From positions 1,706,032 to 1,770,031 of the forward strand of contig JAAOMT010000436.1 of NCBI GenBank assembly GCA_016748015.1: DNA of 64,000 nucleotides. Reading direction: 5' to 3'. The notes below the pieces were generated by a model. It made no database searches. It had not been told where the DNA came from and was given only the letters and a program-made list of their open reading frames with translations. This stretch comes from Geosiphon pyriformis uo1 (lineage: Eukaryota; Fungi; Glomeromycota). Positions 39,170-52,000 of the stretch are shown piece by piece. Position 1 is the first letter of the stretch. Every line of letters starts with the position of its first letter. A program made the position numbers and the translations under genes.

Positions 39170-42100
39170 TTTTTTATTATTAACACATTTTAACAAATGT
39201 AGTCCAATTACTATCTAGTACATAGAACCAAACTAAGAGGCTCAAACTAAACATGACTTACACACTTTCTACATGTGGCTAGCCACTCAGGCCAGACAAA
39301 GCAATACTACACATCAATAATAACCCGTACATTGCCACCTAGACCAGAAAAGAAACAATAAGGCTTCTGACGATCAAAGCTAACAGCAAAAGAATTGGCC
39401 ACACCAAGCAATCTTACAACACCATCAGACAAAACTGAAGACACACTATGAAAGAGCCCAGAAACAACACCACCATCACAAACCAGACCAGCCTTCTTCA
39501 TCACCATCCAGTAGTTGGCCCTAGCCAACCACACTTTAGCACAATATAACTCAACCACGAACTTGATATAATCAACAATCTGAGTAGCTGCCACCTTCTT
39601 ATTCTCAAAAATACTGCAAGCTTCCTCATACCACTCCCCCAGCACAAACCCTTTGCAAACCAGAGTGTACAACCCAACATCAATAGAACATTGAGACAAG
39701 ACTCCCAACACGGCAGAAGCAGGGGAATTGCCAGCCAAAGCTGACCAATGGGCAGAAGCCTCAGCTAAAATCTTGTCATGAATGCCAGACTCATGAACAC
39801 AAGTAAAAGTGTGGTTAGAGAACTCCACCCTACTACAAAACAAACATAATACACTAAGGTAGCACTTATTATACAATCTTTTCTTCACTGCCACCAGCAA
39901 TCTTCTGTGTACAGCCTTCATAATATAAGTACGAAGCATTGAGGATATCCGGCTAGTGAATTCAGTGAGCATATGAGAATCAGAATGCCACACCTTTGTC
40001 ATAACAACCCAGTCTATGCAACCAATCATCGTATCTGGAACCATGTCACAACCAGACCCAGCTTCCCAATGAGCAGAACAAACAGACCGAAAAATATTTC
40101 TGACAAAATGACGGACATTACTAGAAACAGCAATACCCTCAGCAACCAAAAAATGTTCATGCATATTGGCACAAAGGGAAAAGGGAGATCCAAAGGCAGC
40201 CCCAGCAGCCAAGTCAGCTTCCATATTACCAGGAATCCCAGAGTGGCCTTTTACCTTAACCCAACTTACACTAAAATCTTTATCTCTGACCAAATTGAAA
40301 ATATAATGTCTCTCCAGCCAGCATTGATTATGGAAATCAGGGATGACCAAAGACATCTCAGACACACATGCGTCAATAGCAGCCTGGCTGTCAAGACGTA
40401 ACACCACAGTACTTGAAGAAGGAACACATTCCAAAGCCAAAGTGACAGCCTGCAATTCGGCCATAGTAGATGACAAAAGGCTATTAACAGTGATACCAAT
40501 ACTCTTATCCAAGACCAGAAAGTATACAGCAGCACTACAGGTGACCTCAGCAGAACCTGTATTCCTCAAAAACCTATCCGTAAAAACTTCAAAAAAGCCT
40601 GACGAAATGTCATGCAATTCATCTATTACCATAGAAAATTCTCCAGACTCCAAAATGTCTAAACCAATCTTTTCCACAGAGTCAATAGAACCAGAAAATG
40701 AACAACCCTGACTCTTCAAAAACTCAGAAGAAACCAAGAACCAATGAGACACAGGGCCATGCGGATTCAATCTCTTCCAACAACAAAAAGTTTTTCAATC
40801 AAACAAAACACCTTTCTTATAAACAAGCCAATTACCAAAAGTGATACCAAAGCATCTAAGAGATTTGACCAAGTCAAAATACAGAGACTTTCCAAGAATA
40901 GATAATAACGGAAAATAACCAGGACTACAAAATCCAGTGGGAAAGTTGTTCACCAAAGAAAGCTCATTGCCCAAAAAAATCTTTACCATCCCAGCCAAAA
41001 AATTGTTCACTGGATTAACATGCAATCTGACTGGAAACTGCAAAGGAACCAAAGGAGCCCAACCAAGAACCTGCAGATCCAAAAACCTATGTCTAAACAA
41101 ATGTCCAAGAATACCAAAGGCATTAGAGAACATTATCAGAGCAGCAACCTTCCCCTCTGACTGCATCTGCTCAAAAAACTTCAGGCCATACAATGAGGGA
41201 TGATGCAAAGCAGCGTCAGGAAAATCACAGGGGAGACAAGCCTTAGACCTAAGACCCTTTCTAACCAAGACATCCCACTTGCGACAAACATTAGAAGGGA
41301 CAAAACTAAACTGAATATGATAGCTAACAATAGGCTGCAAAACAGCTGACACCAGATAGGAGAACTGTTTGTCTGTAATAGCTTTTCTAAGCACAACATT
41401 GATGAAGAAATGCACATCCGCATGAGCCTTGGCAACACTTGGCTTGGAGAGCCTCTCGGTTGACAAAAAAATACCTAGATACCAATATGCTTCCCTTTTT
41501 TTGGCAATAGAAATTGGCTGACCACAAATGCTCAGGGAAGCAACTTTAACACTCTGATTGATGGGAATAGCTACTGTCTTCTCACTGTTAATAGAAATAT
41601 CATTGATCACAAAAAATTCACTGGCAATGTTCAGAGCATATTGAGTAGAAGCCTGACAATTCCCAACCCAGATCATATTATCAACAAATGCACCAGCTGA
41701 AAAATATGATGTCAAACCACCACTGCTCTTAATTCTGCCAGACTTTGCAACAAACTTAGTATCAATCCAGTACTCACACAATTGTTCATGCCTCTTAACC
41801 TCACACAAAAGTGGATTGTAAAAAATTTTTCATAGAAGCGGCGAAAAGACCTTACCCTAATCCAGCCCATTATGCACCTTATAACTACCAGACAAACCAA
41901 AGTCAGTCATTATCCTATTAATTCTATCTTCATGAATACCACCAAAAAACTTTATGAACCTCTCACACATCTTGACATGCCACAAACTAGCCCTTAAATG
42001 ATGCCACCCAACTGAATCGTAAGCTTTCTGCATATCCTGCAAGACCAACCATAACTCCCTATCCTTCTCAATGGCGTTCTTAATCACCGAACTAATAGCA

Positions 42101-44347
42101 AACACTGGAGATTGTGTGGATGTACCCTTCAGCACCAAAAAATTGTCACCTCGAAAAATGTTGAACTTGCTACAAGCCATTGAAATATGATCAGACAGAA
42201 CCTTGGAAAGAATTTTCCTGGCAGTCTCAATTAAAGCAATAGGCTGAGGATTTGTAAGAACTCCATTCCAGTCATAAGGCTTAGGAATCATTGACACCCA
42301 AGCCCTCTTCCACAAAACAGGCACCATCCCAATAGACAAACACTTATTAAACAGTGCCAACAGGCACCCCAAAACCACCTCACCACTATGTTTTCACAAC
42401 TTATTAGGAACACCAGACAAACCAGCAGCCTTGCCATCAGGCAGACCACCAACAACAGAAAGTAACTCATCCATACTAATTGCACTCATAACACCTAAAA
42501 AGACATCATCCTGAACATGGTCCAAAGGTGCGTACTGATAAGCCCAAAGATTAGGAAGCTCTAACTGTACAGAGCATTTCCTCGTCCACCCTTCCATTAT
42601 CTTATCCACACTTGATTTCACCTCTTTAGGCAACAAAACCAGATCATCATCAACTATCAAGTGATCCAACACCACCTTGCAAAAAGGCTTTTCCAATACA
42701 CTCCTGATCATACTACTCTTATCCGAACAGAAATTATTCATGCACTTCTCAATTGCCTTTCTAACTGAAGCTTCCTCAGCCAATCTCGACTCAAACATCT
42801 TCGACCTCCTGTAATCTCTGCGAACCAATAACAAATGCCTAACAACAACATCAGATTTAACACCTGAGCCAACCAAGTCCTTGAAAACACGAGCCTTTAC
42901 ATCATCCAGAGTCGACTATTTATTCACAAAACGATTAGTACCCAGCAAGTCACCCAAGCAAAATTTCTTGACAATCTTGGCCACCAACAATTCCAGACCA
43001 AAAAACCTAGAAGAATGTTTGTTTTTTGAACACTTAAATTCACTAAACCAATGTCTCAAAAATGTTACATCAACAGAATCTACCACAGCCCCCACCAAAA
43101 CTGCCCACATAGCATCAACATTACCACACATTTCAGCACCAGAGAACACCTCACCCAAAGACAAGAGTTTTGTCGAAGAGAGATCCTTAAACTTAGCCCA
43201 TCCAGCACAGTCAGCATTCTTGATTTTAAACTTCCAACGATCTTTATTCGCCTGCTTATGCAAACTATTCAACTGTACATCCAAAAGCCCACCCAAACTG
43301 ACCAAAACCATAACTGCCCTGTGATCGGTGTCAAAGAAATCTGAAACAGAGACAACTTGATGACCAGCAACAGCAGAAGACAAATTACCATCAACAAAAA
43401 TGTAATCAATCGTTTTCCCAACCCCTTTTGAATTGCTCTATGTATGAAAATCAGCCAAATAATAACCAACAAATGAATTGACCAAACCCAAACCCAAACA
43501 AAACTTGAAACTAGCACTTTTACCAGATTCATTCTCATTAAAGTTTCTACCCAAGATAACAAAATTGCTGGAGTTGACAGCCTTTGCAATAAGAGAGTTA
43601 ACTTCAGAAGCCTAACCAAACCTAGCCCCAAAAGAAACACCAGCATACAACCCCAAAACAGTAACCGAGAGCTTGCCCTTAAACAAGAGCTAAACAGAAA
43701 CAACCTGACCAGGAATCTCCTCCATTTTAGATACATGACGAGCCAAAGAAATGTTCATAATAATTGCAACTCCAGCACCCATAAAACTTTTATCCAATCC
43801 TGCATTCCATTAAATTTATCCTTTATCCATGGTCCAGAAAAGGACCTCAACTTTGTCTCAGTGATAAAAGAAACCATGTTTCCCGAGTTTACATGCCAAC
43901 AAACTATATCATTCTGCTTCGCAGGAACATTTATGCCCCGAACATTGCACATAGCAAATTTCCAGACCAGACTGCTCATTGGGGTGAAGACAATAAAGAG
44001 AAACTCGAACCAACACACAAGAGATCCAATTTTGCCAAAACAGAACTGACTGAAGCCTCCAAAGCCAACATTTTAGACTCCAAACCACCCACCTTGGTAG
44101 TTAAAATCTTCGAACTACTTGAATTGAAGCCACCATTCATATCAATACTTGGAGAATAGTGATTGGATGATGCCAATTCACCATCCAGAGCCATATCAGA
44201 ATCCAAACCAGGGGCCAAAGGCACAGATCCAACCAGAAAAGGAGCACCAGAAGATGGAATCATGGGCACCAATTCAACAAAACTCAATTTTCTTAAAATA
44301 TCAGACACTTGGTCAGCCAACAACTCGAGAGAGCATTCCAAAGATGC
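39170..44347 (-). mobile_element. LINE copy D, 3' part (end of ORF1 and all of ORF2); best-preserved copy, split by Gypsy insertion
   Basis: APE (CNVRGIN, ITETKL, IDYIF, DTDH). RT (QPIALIETARKIL, LQDMQKAYDSV, AGAFVDN, YLGIF). RNase H (VFTD, AELQAV, LDSQAA, WVKVKGHSGIPGNMEAD). C-terminal CxxC..H...C. A-rich tail at ~39170. Confidence 0.93.
39307..43979 (-). pseudogene. LINE D ORF2: AP endonuclease - reverse transcriptase - RNase H - zinc finger (stops and frameshifts)
   Basis: ORF fragments 43755-44018, 42916-43383, 42394-42876, 41857-42378, 40795-41808 and 39307-40770. ATG at 43979-43977. Confidence 0.9.
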
Positions 44348-45201
44348 TGTTACCAGAGGTTTTTGGTCTCTTTTCTGTAATGTTGTTGATACTTATTAGC
44401 TGTGAATTCACGTTTTCTGGATGTGGTTGAACCTCCAATAACTGAATTTATCTTCAAATTATCTCCTATAATTTGAACTGCTGGGCTTATAAGTGGAATG
44501 GCCAATTCCTTGCCAATTACTTTATGTAGTTACATTGTAGTAAATGTCAACTCTTTCCTAGAAATTGCTTGTCTGGAAGCTCACTAAAAATGTGTAGTTA
44601 CTTTGCTGTGAAAGTCAACTCTTCTACAGGAATCTTGTCTGTAGGCTACCCTAATAATTGTAATAAGAAAAGAAAAGAAAAATAAAAGAAATGTAAAAGA
44701 AATAGAATTCTGCCAAGGGAAACGTTTTCTATCCAGGCATGAAGTCACTAACAGTTTATTGAAATTGGTAGCTAATCAATTTCAAAACGTTAGTTGGGTT
44801 TTGGGGATTTTCCAAGTGCAATAATTAAAGAATTTGGTTTTTCGAATTATTTGATATTTATTTCTTTTTGTGTGTATAAGAATGGTTCTAAGTGATAAAT
44901 CTAAAGTAAGATACATTTTTTTGAAGAGAGAAGCTCTTCTTTTATNNNNNNNNNNNNNNNNNNNNTCTACAAATTTTGGCGAACTTCTGAATGTTACATA
45001 GTTCGGGGTATTGCATGATTGATCATCGCAATTAGGTTATATTTGTGTTGTGTACAATTTGAGTTATTAATTAAATGATAATTTTGGATATTTTTGCTAA
45101 TGTAATAAGTAATCATTTGAAATGATAATATATGCTAATTAATGATAGGAATTATAAAATAATTTCATGCTAAATAATATCTCTAATTTCATCTAGTAAC
45201 A
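44348..45201 (-). repeat. 3' LTR (contains assembly gap 44946-44965)
   Basis: TGTTAC...GTAACA termini. The gap falls where the 5' LTR has its tandem array. Confidence 0.95.
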
Positions 45202-45889
45202 TAACCTCCTCCTCAAGACTGAGCTCCGTCAAAGTCCAAGTACTGTCTGTTATTTCCAGATAATAATCCAAAATTATTGAAGAAATTTGGTCTGAAAATT
45301 GTTGAAATTTCAGTTCTGTAAGCTTTCCAATGTATTGAATCTTCAAAGGTTGAAAATTTGTGTTTTGTAGTATGTTTTCACAGGTGTAGAATAGGTCATA
45401 AAGTTTAAGAGCAGCTCTAAGCCTGTAGCAACTGTTTGTTGATCCAGCTGTTGTCTTGAATTTGTTGTGGAGTTGTTTCTGAATAGCTTCTTTTGTGAGG
45501 TTTGCTGTTGTAAGTTCCAGTTTCCGTTCATAGAGTGTTTTTCCAATGTGAAAATATCTATAGATTGGAGGATATTCAGTGTTTTCCTTATTGAGACACA
45601 GTTGAAGTTTTTGTTGAATTGTAGCATTTGGTGGAATACTAATCAGAGTGAGCATTAGGTTTTCTCTTAAAGCAAGCTTTAAAAGTTCTGGCAGGTAAAT
45701 TCCAGTATAACTTCTTGTGTTCTTTTTATACAGGTGATATTTTCGTGAATTTGGGGATAATTTTGTAACTACTTCTGTTTGGGTATAATTTATGTGGTTT
45801 CCAGTAACAGTAATGGATAATTCGGGTATTGTTTTTAAAGCTAACATTAGTTTTTGGGATAATTGTTGAATGTTTTAAGGAATAGTCAT
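45170..45889 (-). CDS. Accessory 3' ORF of the Gypsy element (unknown function, ~225-240 aa)
   Basis: Open 45847-45170. An upstream in-frame ATG at 45889 is separated by one TAA (likely CAA). It lies between the integrase end and the 3' LTR, reads through the PPT and stops inside the LTR. Confidence 0.7.
45202..45214 (-). promoter_or_regulatory. Polypurine tract (GAGGAGGAGG)
   Basis: Minus strand reads TTGAGGAGGAGGTTA|TGTTAC at the 3' LTR boundary. Confidence 0.85.
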
Positions 45890-46007
45890 TATAAGCAATT
45901 GAAAAAAAAATAAAAAATAATTTTTGGTGTATGGGTTTTTATGCTATTTTTGTTTTGTTTTTGTGAAATTGTTTCTAAATTATAAGAGAATAACTAGTAA
46001 AATTAAA

Positions 46008-49000
46008 TTAAGTGTTCAGGTTGAAAGGTTGTTCAATGACAACTATTGGTTCTAAGTTTCGGGGAATATCTTTGGAACTGACCAAAGGGAAATGTGTACC
46101 AATTTATGGAATTAATGGTTCAAGATTGTTTCTAGAATAATAGTGTTTCAAATGATCTCCATGTACAATTTTTGTTAGGATTTTGTCATCGAGTCTTAGC
46201 TTGTATGATTCGTTACCTAGGACTTCATGGATAAAGAATGGTTCATCCTATTTATTTTCAAATTTTCCACTCTATTGTTTTCAGCTTTAGTTCTGTGTAA
46301 GAGAACTTTGTTTCTAATTTTAAACTCATTGGTGACTGAAGGCAATTTGTTATCATGCCGTTTTTTTTGTTGAGCTTGGGAGTGTTCAATATGGGTGGCT
46401 GCTATTCGTCGTTTTCCTTCCAATGTGCTAAGCAGAGTGTAGGCTCTTTGCTGAAGCGTTTCTTGGAAATTGTTTTCATCAATCGGTTGTGCTGGGTATG
46501 TTTCCACTATGAAACTAATTGGTAACATTGCTGTCCTTTCATAAGTTAAATCAAATGGTGTGTGTTTTGTGGTATCTTGTTTTAATGTCCTATATGCTAG
46601 TAACACTGATGAAATAAAGAGATCCCATTCTTGCTCAAAATCGGTTGAGACTTTGGCTAATGACTCACACAATGTTCTGTTAAAACGTTCTACAAGTCCG
46701 TTTGTTTGTGAATAATAGGACGAAAACAGAGGTCTTTTGACATTGAATCGTTCACAAATTTCTTGTATCAGGTTGTTCACAAAGTGTGTTCTTTAATCGG
46801 ATAAAAGTTCAATTGGACATCCATGTCTACAAATGATGTCTTCATAGATGAAATTTGCTACTGATTTTGCATCTGCTCGTTAAATGGCTCTGGCTTCAGG
46901 CCATTTAGTAAGATAGTCTACAGCTACTGCAATATAACAGTTTCCTTGAGTGGTAATAAATAGTGGTCTGACTAAATTGATACCAACTCTGTCAAAAGGC
47001 TGTCCAACTTTGATTGGATTTAAAGGTTCTGTAGGGTGAGTTCCTTCTCTTCTTTGACAACTATCACAAGATTCGACATATTCGTGAATGTCTTTTCTCA
47101 TTCGAGGCCAAAAGTAGTATTCTAGTGTTCTTTGGGTGGTGCTATCTTTTCCGAAGTGTGCTGATGAAAAATCTGAGTGCATATTATATAAAATGGTCTC
47201 TTTTTCCTGTTTTTGTATTAATCTGAGTGGTTTGGTTGGGTTTTTGAAATTTTGATGATAGATAATGTTGTTGTGTAGAAAATATTATTTGGCTTGTTGT
47301 TGTAACTGATGTTTTTTATCTGGGGACCAATCTGTTGGGATTTTTAATGTCTCTAAATATTGTTTGAGATTGTTGTAGTTTTTGGGGTTCATTGTTTGTT
47401 GTTTTGATGCTGTTAATTCAAATGGGTATTGGTTTTGTTTTCTAATCTTGCCTCATTCTTGAGAGACAATCAACGTTGGTGTGGAGTTTTCCTGGTTTGT
47501 GGTGTACGATGTATTAGTAATTAGCTAAAAATCTTGTCCATCGGATTTGTTTTGTGTTCAGCTGGGTGTTTTTGTTTTGAAGCTATTTAAGTCCAATATT
47601 ATCAGTGATAATATCAAATTCTTTGGATCTAAGGTAAAGGTTGAAGTGATGTAAGGCCCAGATTACTGCTGCAGTTTCTAATTCTGTTGTGGGGTAGTTC
47701 TTTTTGGCTGGCTTTAATGTTCTACTAGCATAAGCAATTACTCGCTCATTTCCATTGTCATTTAACTGTGATAGGATGGCACCAAAGGCAGTATAAGAGG
47801 CATCAGTTACTAACCGAAATCGGTTGCTGAAATTTAGGTAGGCGAGGATTGGAGCTGTTGTGAGTTTTTCCTTAAGTATCTCAAAGGCATTTTGGTGTTC
47901 TTCTGTCTATTTGTATTTGATATTTTTAGTAGTGAGCTGGTTGAGGGGTTTTGCAATTTCTGAGAATCTTTTGATGAATTTTCGGTAATAGGATGCTAAT
48001 CCAATAAATCCTCTTAATTCTGTGGTATTTCATGGAGTCTTAAAGTTTTTGACAGTACTGATTTTTCCAGAGTCTGGTTTAATTCCATCTTTGCTAACAA
48101 TGTGACCAAGAAAAACTAAACTTGTTTTTCCGAAGTAGCATTTTTCAATGTTCAGTTTCAATCCTGCTTTCCATAATCATTGAAAAACTTCTCACAGGTG
48201 AATTAAATGTAGCTTGAAAGATGGTGAATAAACATCAGTGTCATCAAGATAAACTACTACTAATTTCCAAAGGAGGCCTTTGTAAACAACATCCATGAGT
48301 CTTTAGAATATTGCTGGTGCATTGCATAATCCGAAAAGCATTACATTGAACTCGTAATTTCCTCCTTGAGTGGTGAATGCTGTTTTGGGACGGTCTTTGG
48401 GATCCATAGCAACTTGCCAGTATCCACTCTCTAAATCTAATGTCGAAAAGTATTTGGACTTTCCAAGGGCATCCAACATGTCATCAATTCAGGAAAAAGA
48501 GTAGGCATCTTCAATGATAACACTGTTGAGTTGTCAGTAATCAACACAAAATCGTATCTTTCCATTTTTTTTTTTTAACTAGAACTACAGGTAAGACCCA
48601 TGGGCTCATTGATGGTTGAATAAGCCCATTGTTAAGCATTCATTGTACTTCTTCTCAGATAAATTGGTAACTTTTTGGAGCAACTCGGTAGGCTTGTTGT
48701 CGCCTGGGTTTGGCATCTCCTGTATAGATTTGGTGTTAAACCAAATCAGTTCTTCCTAAGTCATTGTTGTTTTTGGTAAAGATATCAACAAATTCTGCAA
48801 TTAGTTCTTTGAGCTGGGTCTGTTGTTGTAGTTCAAGTTGTCCTATGTTGATTCGAGATAGTTTTTTCATGACAACATGGTAGTTTTCAGAGCTAGGGTT
48901 TGAGTTGATTTTCAGTAGTAAATGTCCAATAATTTCAGGGAAATTGGGGACTGTTTGGGGTAATTCTTGTTGAAATATATTACTGTGAATAACTCCAATT

Positions 49001-52000
49001 TCTAACTTATTTAATAAAATTATGGGGTAATTATTGGGGTTGTAAAAAGTAACTCGGACTTTCTTTGTTCCTTCTGGAATATAAATGTTTGGGATCAAAA
49101 TTTTATGTTCCAAACAGACTTGTTCATTGGACTCAAAAATTTGTTGTGTGGTTGTTGGCTTTGTGCAAGTGTAGATTTCCAGATGTTCTCCAAAGGGTGA
49201 GATGGTAATTGGTTGTGGAAGTCTGAGAATCTGGTGGGATTTGTTCTGTGTGTTAAGAGCTATATTAACTAGAACTGTGAATCGTCTAGTTGAACCAAAA
49301 CTTTGGGTTCCTCTATTGCTCTTTCTTAATTGCTCTCTTTGATTGACTAGTTGCAAACCTGAAATGTTGATTAGGGGTAGGTAGATAGCTTGGGCAATTT
49401 TTTCAGCATGTTCAATCTTGAATGGTTTGTCAGTTTCATTTTGAAGCATCACTGTTATGTCTCTAGTATATCCAGCATCGATTATTTCTCCTCTAATATT
49501 GATTCTTTTGCTTGCCAGAAAGGACCAGGAGGTGATTTGAACCATTGCTCCTGGCGGAATTTTGAGTGCAATTTTGAGGTTGATTTTTGTGAGAGATTTG
49601 GGTTTGAGAACAAGAGTATCCTTGCCTGGATATTTTAGGTCATATCCAGCATTAATTTTGTGTGCTTTTTCGGGTTTTATTCCTTGTCCATTATTGTTGA
49701 AGTATTTAAGTTGTAAGGCAGGCTGATTTTCAATAAGGTAGATGGATGTTGTTTCAATTTCTTCCGTTTTTTCAGGTTCTCCAAATTCAATTTCATTCTC
49801 ATCATTTTCACTGGGCAAGGGTATACTAAGAGCATAGCATTCAGGACACCATTGTACATCACAAGGCATAATACATTCTTCATATAGCCTAATGTTCATT
49901 TGCTCTAATCATTGAATTTGAGCTTCTTGGGTCGGGTAGGTGTGACTTGCAATTTGGTGGTAGACTTCTACTTCATCTTTGTAATCGAATCCAGCTAATT
50001 CTATGGTATATTCAATGTATTCTGCTTCCTTCATTTGATGAACATCTTCTTTGGTAGCTCCATTAATTAATGCTATTGCTAAGTTAAAAATCATCTTGGC
50101 ATTATGAGAGTAGTGATAAAGTTTGTTGAGAGCACTGTTGTATGCTGCATTAAAGGGTGTTCCTCTTTTTACTTTTTCTGAAATTGATAAAGCATATTGG
50201 CAAGTCTGATCGCAGACACCTCCTCTCATTGCTACATCAATCCAATTGCATTCTTCTGGTAGCATATCTCCACAAGTCAAACAAGGGGTGTTGTCCCATT
50301 TTCCGCTCCTTTTTATTAGATGGCCCCATCGCTCTCTGTGGCAAGCCTTGTAGTAATAACAAGTATGATTCTTATATTCTTTTTCAGGTGAAATGCAGGC
50401 TCCCATTGACAATAGTTTCTTGTGGCAGTCCTTACATTTAAGGAGAATATAGGGGCATTGTTTCCTTGGTTTGGGTTTTGAGTAAGATATATTCCATCCA
50501 GAGGTTTCGGGTTTAGTGTGTGGGGTAAAATGTTCTTGTTCTGTTTCATCAGCCCAGTTGGACGTTGATCCAAGAGCCATGAATGTTTTGAGTATTGGTT
50601 TTTTTTTTTCTGGTTCAAATTCAAAAGCTGGGGCTTTTTCAGAGTGTTTGTTGAATGTACCACAAATGGCAGGTACTTAGGCGTGTTGTCCTTGGTAGGA
50701 GATTGTTAACTCTTGTGTTTCCCAATTCAGATTAGCATTGGCTTTTTGAAGCCAATCATTTCTGACGAGAGCTTGGTACTGGGGTGTGTTCATTATAAGA
50801 ACTTTGACTAGAATGGTAATTCCATCAAGAGTGAATGGAAAATTGTCAATTTCTCCTACTGGAGTCTTTTTCATGCCATCAGCAGTGACGATTACTGTTT
50901 GAGCTGATCAGTCAACATTTCTTTTCAACTGTTGTATTAACTGGTAGGTAATAATGCTTCCGGCGGATCTACTGTCTAGGATTAAGCGAATTGGCTTTCT
51001 TTTTACTTTAGCTTCTGTGTACATTGCAGTGATGGCTTTTTGCTTATTAGCCACTGCATTGCTAAGCAAGAATGGTGATTCATTTGCTTCAAATTCAAAA
51101 GGAAAGATATCAGAGAGATTGGCATTTTTAGCAATTCAGGCTGGTGGAATAGTGGTGTGGTTATGAGAAGGGTTTCGTTGTTGTTGTGCTGCAGTTCTAC
51201 CTTTTGAGAGTGCAGTATGGTGAAAATCCTGTTCTTCCAGCATTGTTAAATAACTGGGTTGAGCATGATAATGGTTGGGTCTTGGTTGAGTAGTATGTTG
51301 GGGAACCAATTGGTTGTTTGAACTGATTCTATTGTTGTTTACTTGGTATCGGTTTTGTGATGTGAATTGATTTTGTGTAATCAGTCTTCGAGCAGATTCT
51401 TGATAATGTTGTGTGGGTGGTTGTTGGTATTGCTGTTGGATTGGTTGTGGGGTGGGCTGATAATAGTTATTTTGGTATTGGGGTCTTGGTGGATAGTAAG
51501 CTGGTGGTGATGGTTGATAATAAGATTGCTGTGGTGGAGAGTAACGTTGATTACCCCTATTTTGTTGGTCTCGTTGCAGCTTTCTGCAATCTCTTTTCCA
51601 GTGGCCAAAGATTCCACAGTAATGGCAATTCTGGGGCTGGTTATTGAAAAGTGGTGCAAAGTTATTTTGATTTTATCTTTGGGGTGGTTGATATCTTTGG
51701 GATTGTTGTTGTTGGTTGGTAAAATAGTTTTTGACCTTTTTTGTGAGTTGGTCAATTTTTTCCTCAGCTGCTGAGCTGGTTTCTCCAATTGCCAAATTTA
51801 CAAGTTTTGTATGATTGGCTTCTTCTATGGCCATTTTATATCTTTTCACATGCTGTATGGCAGAGTTTAAATCTTCTGGTGCGTGTAGGCGAACCTTTTT
51901 AATTAGTTTATCTTTTAGACCAGCAATAAATTGATCCAAGATTTGAGCATCGGAATAATAATTGTTTGTCTTGAGTTGGCGAATCTGTTTGAGAAGTTTG

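Noticed and set aside
39143-39170. Possible LINE D target-site duplication (ctagatttaaaaaaattatt vs ctagattaaaataatttatt at ~55719)
   Set aside because: Several mismatches in low-complexity AT sequence; cannot be distinguished from chance.
44946-44965. 3' LTR appears ~125 bp shorter than the 5' LTR
   Set aside because: The difference coincides with the N gap over the tandem array; it is not a real deletion.
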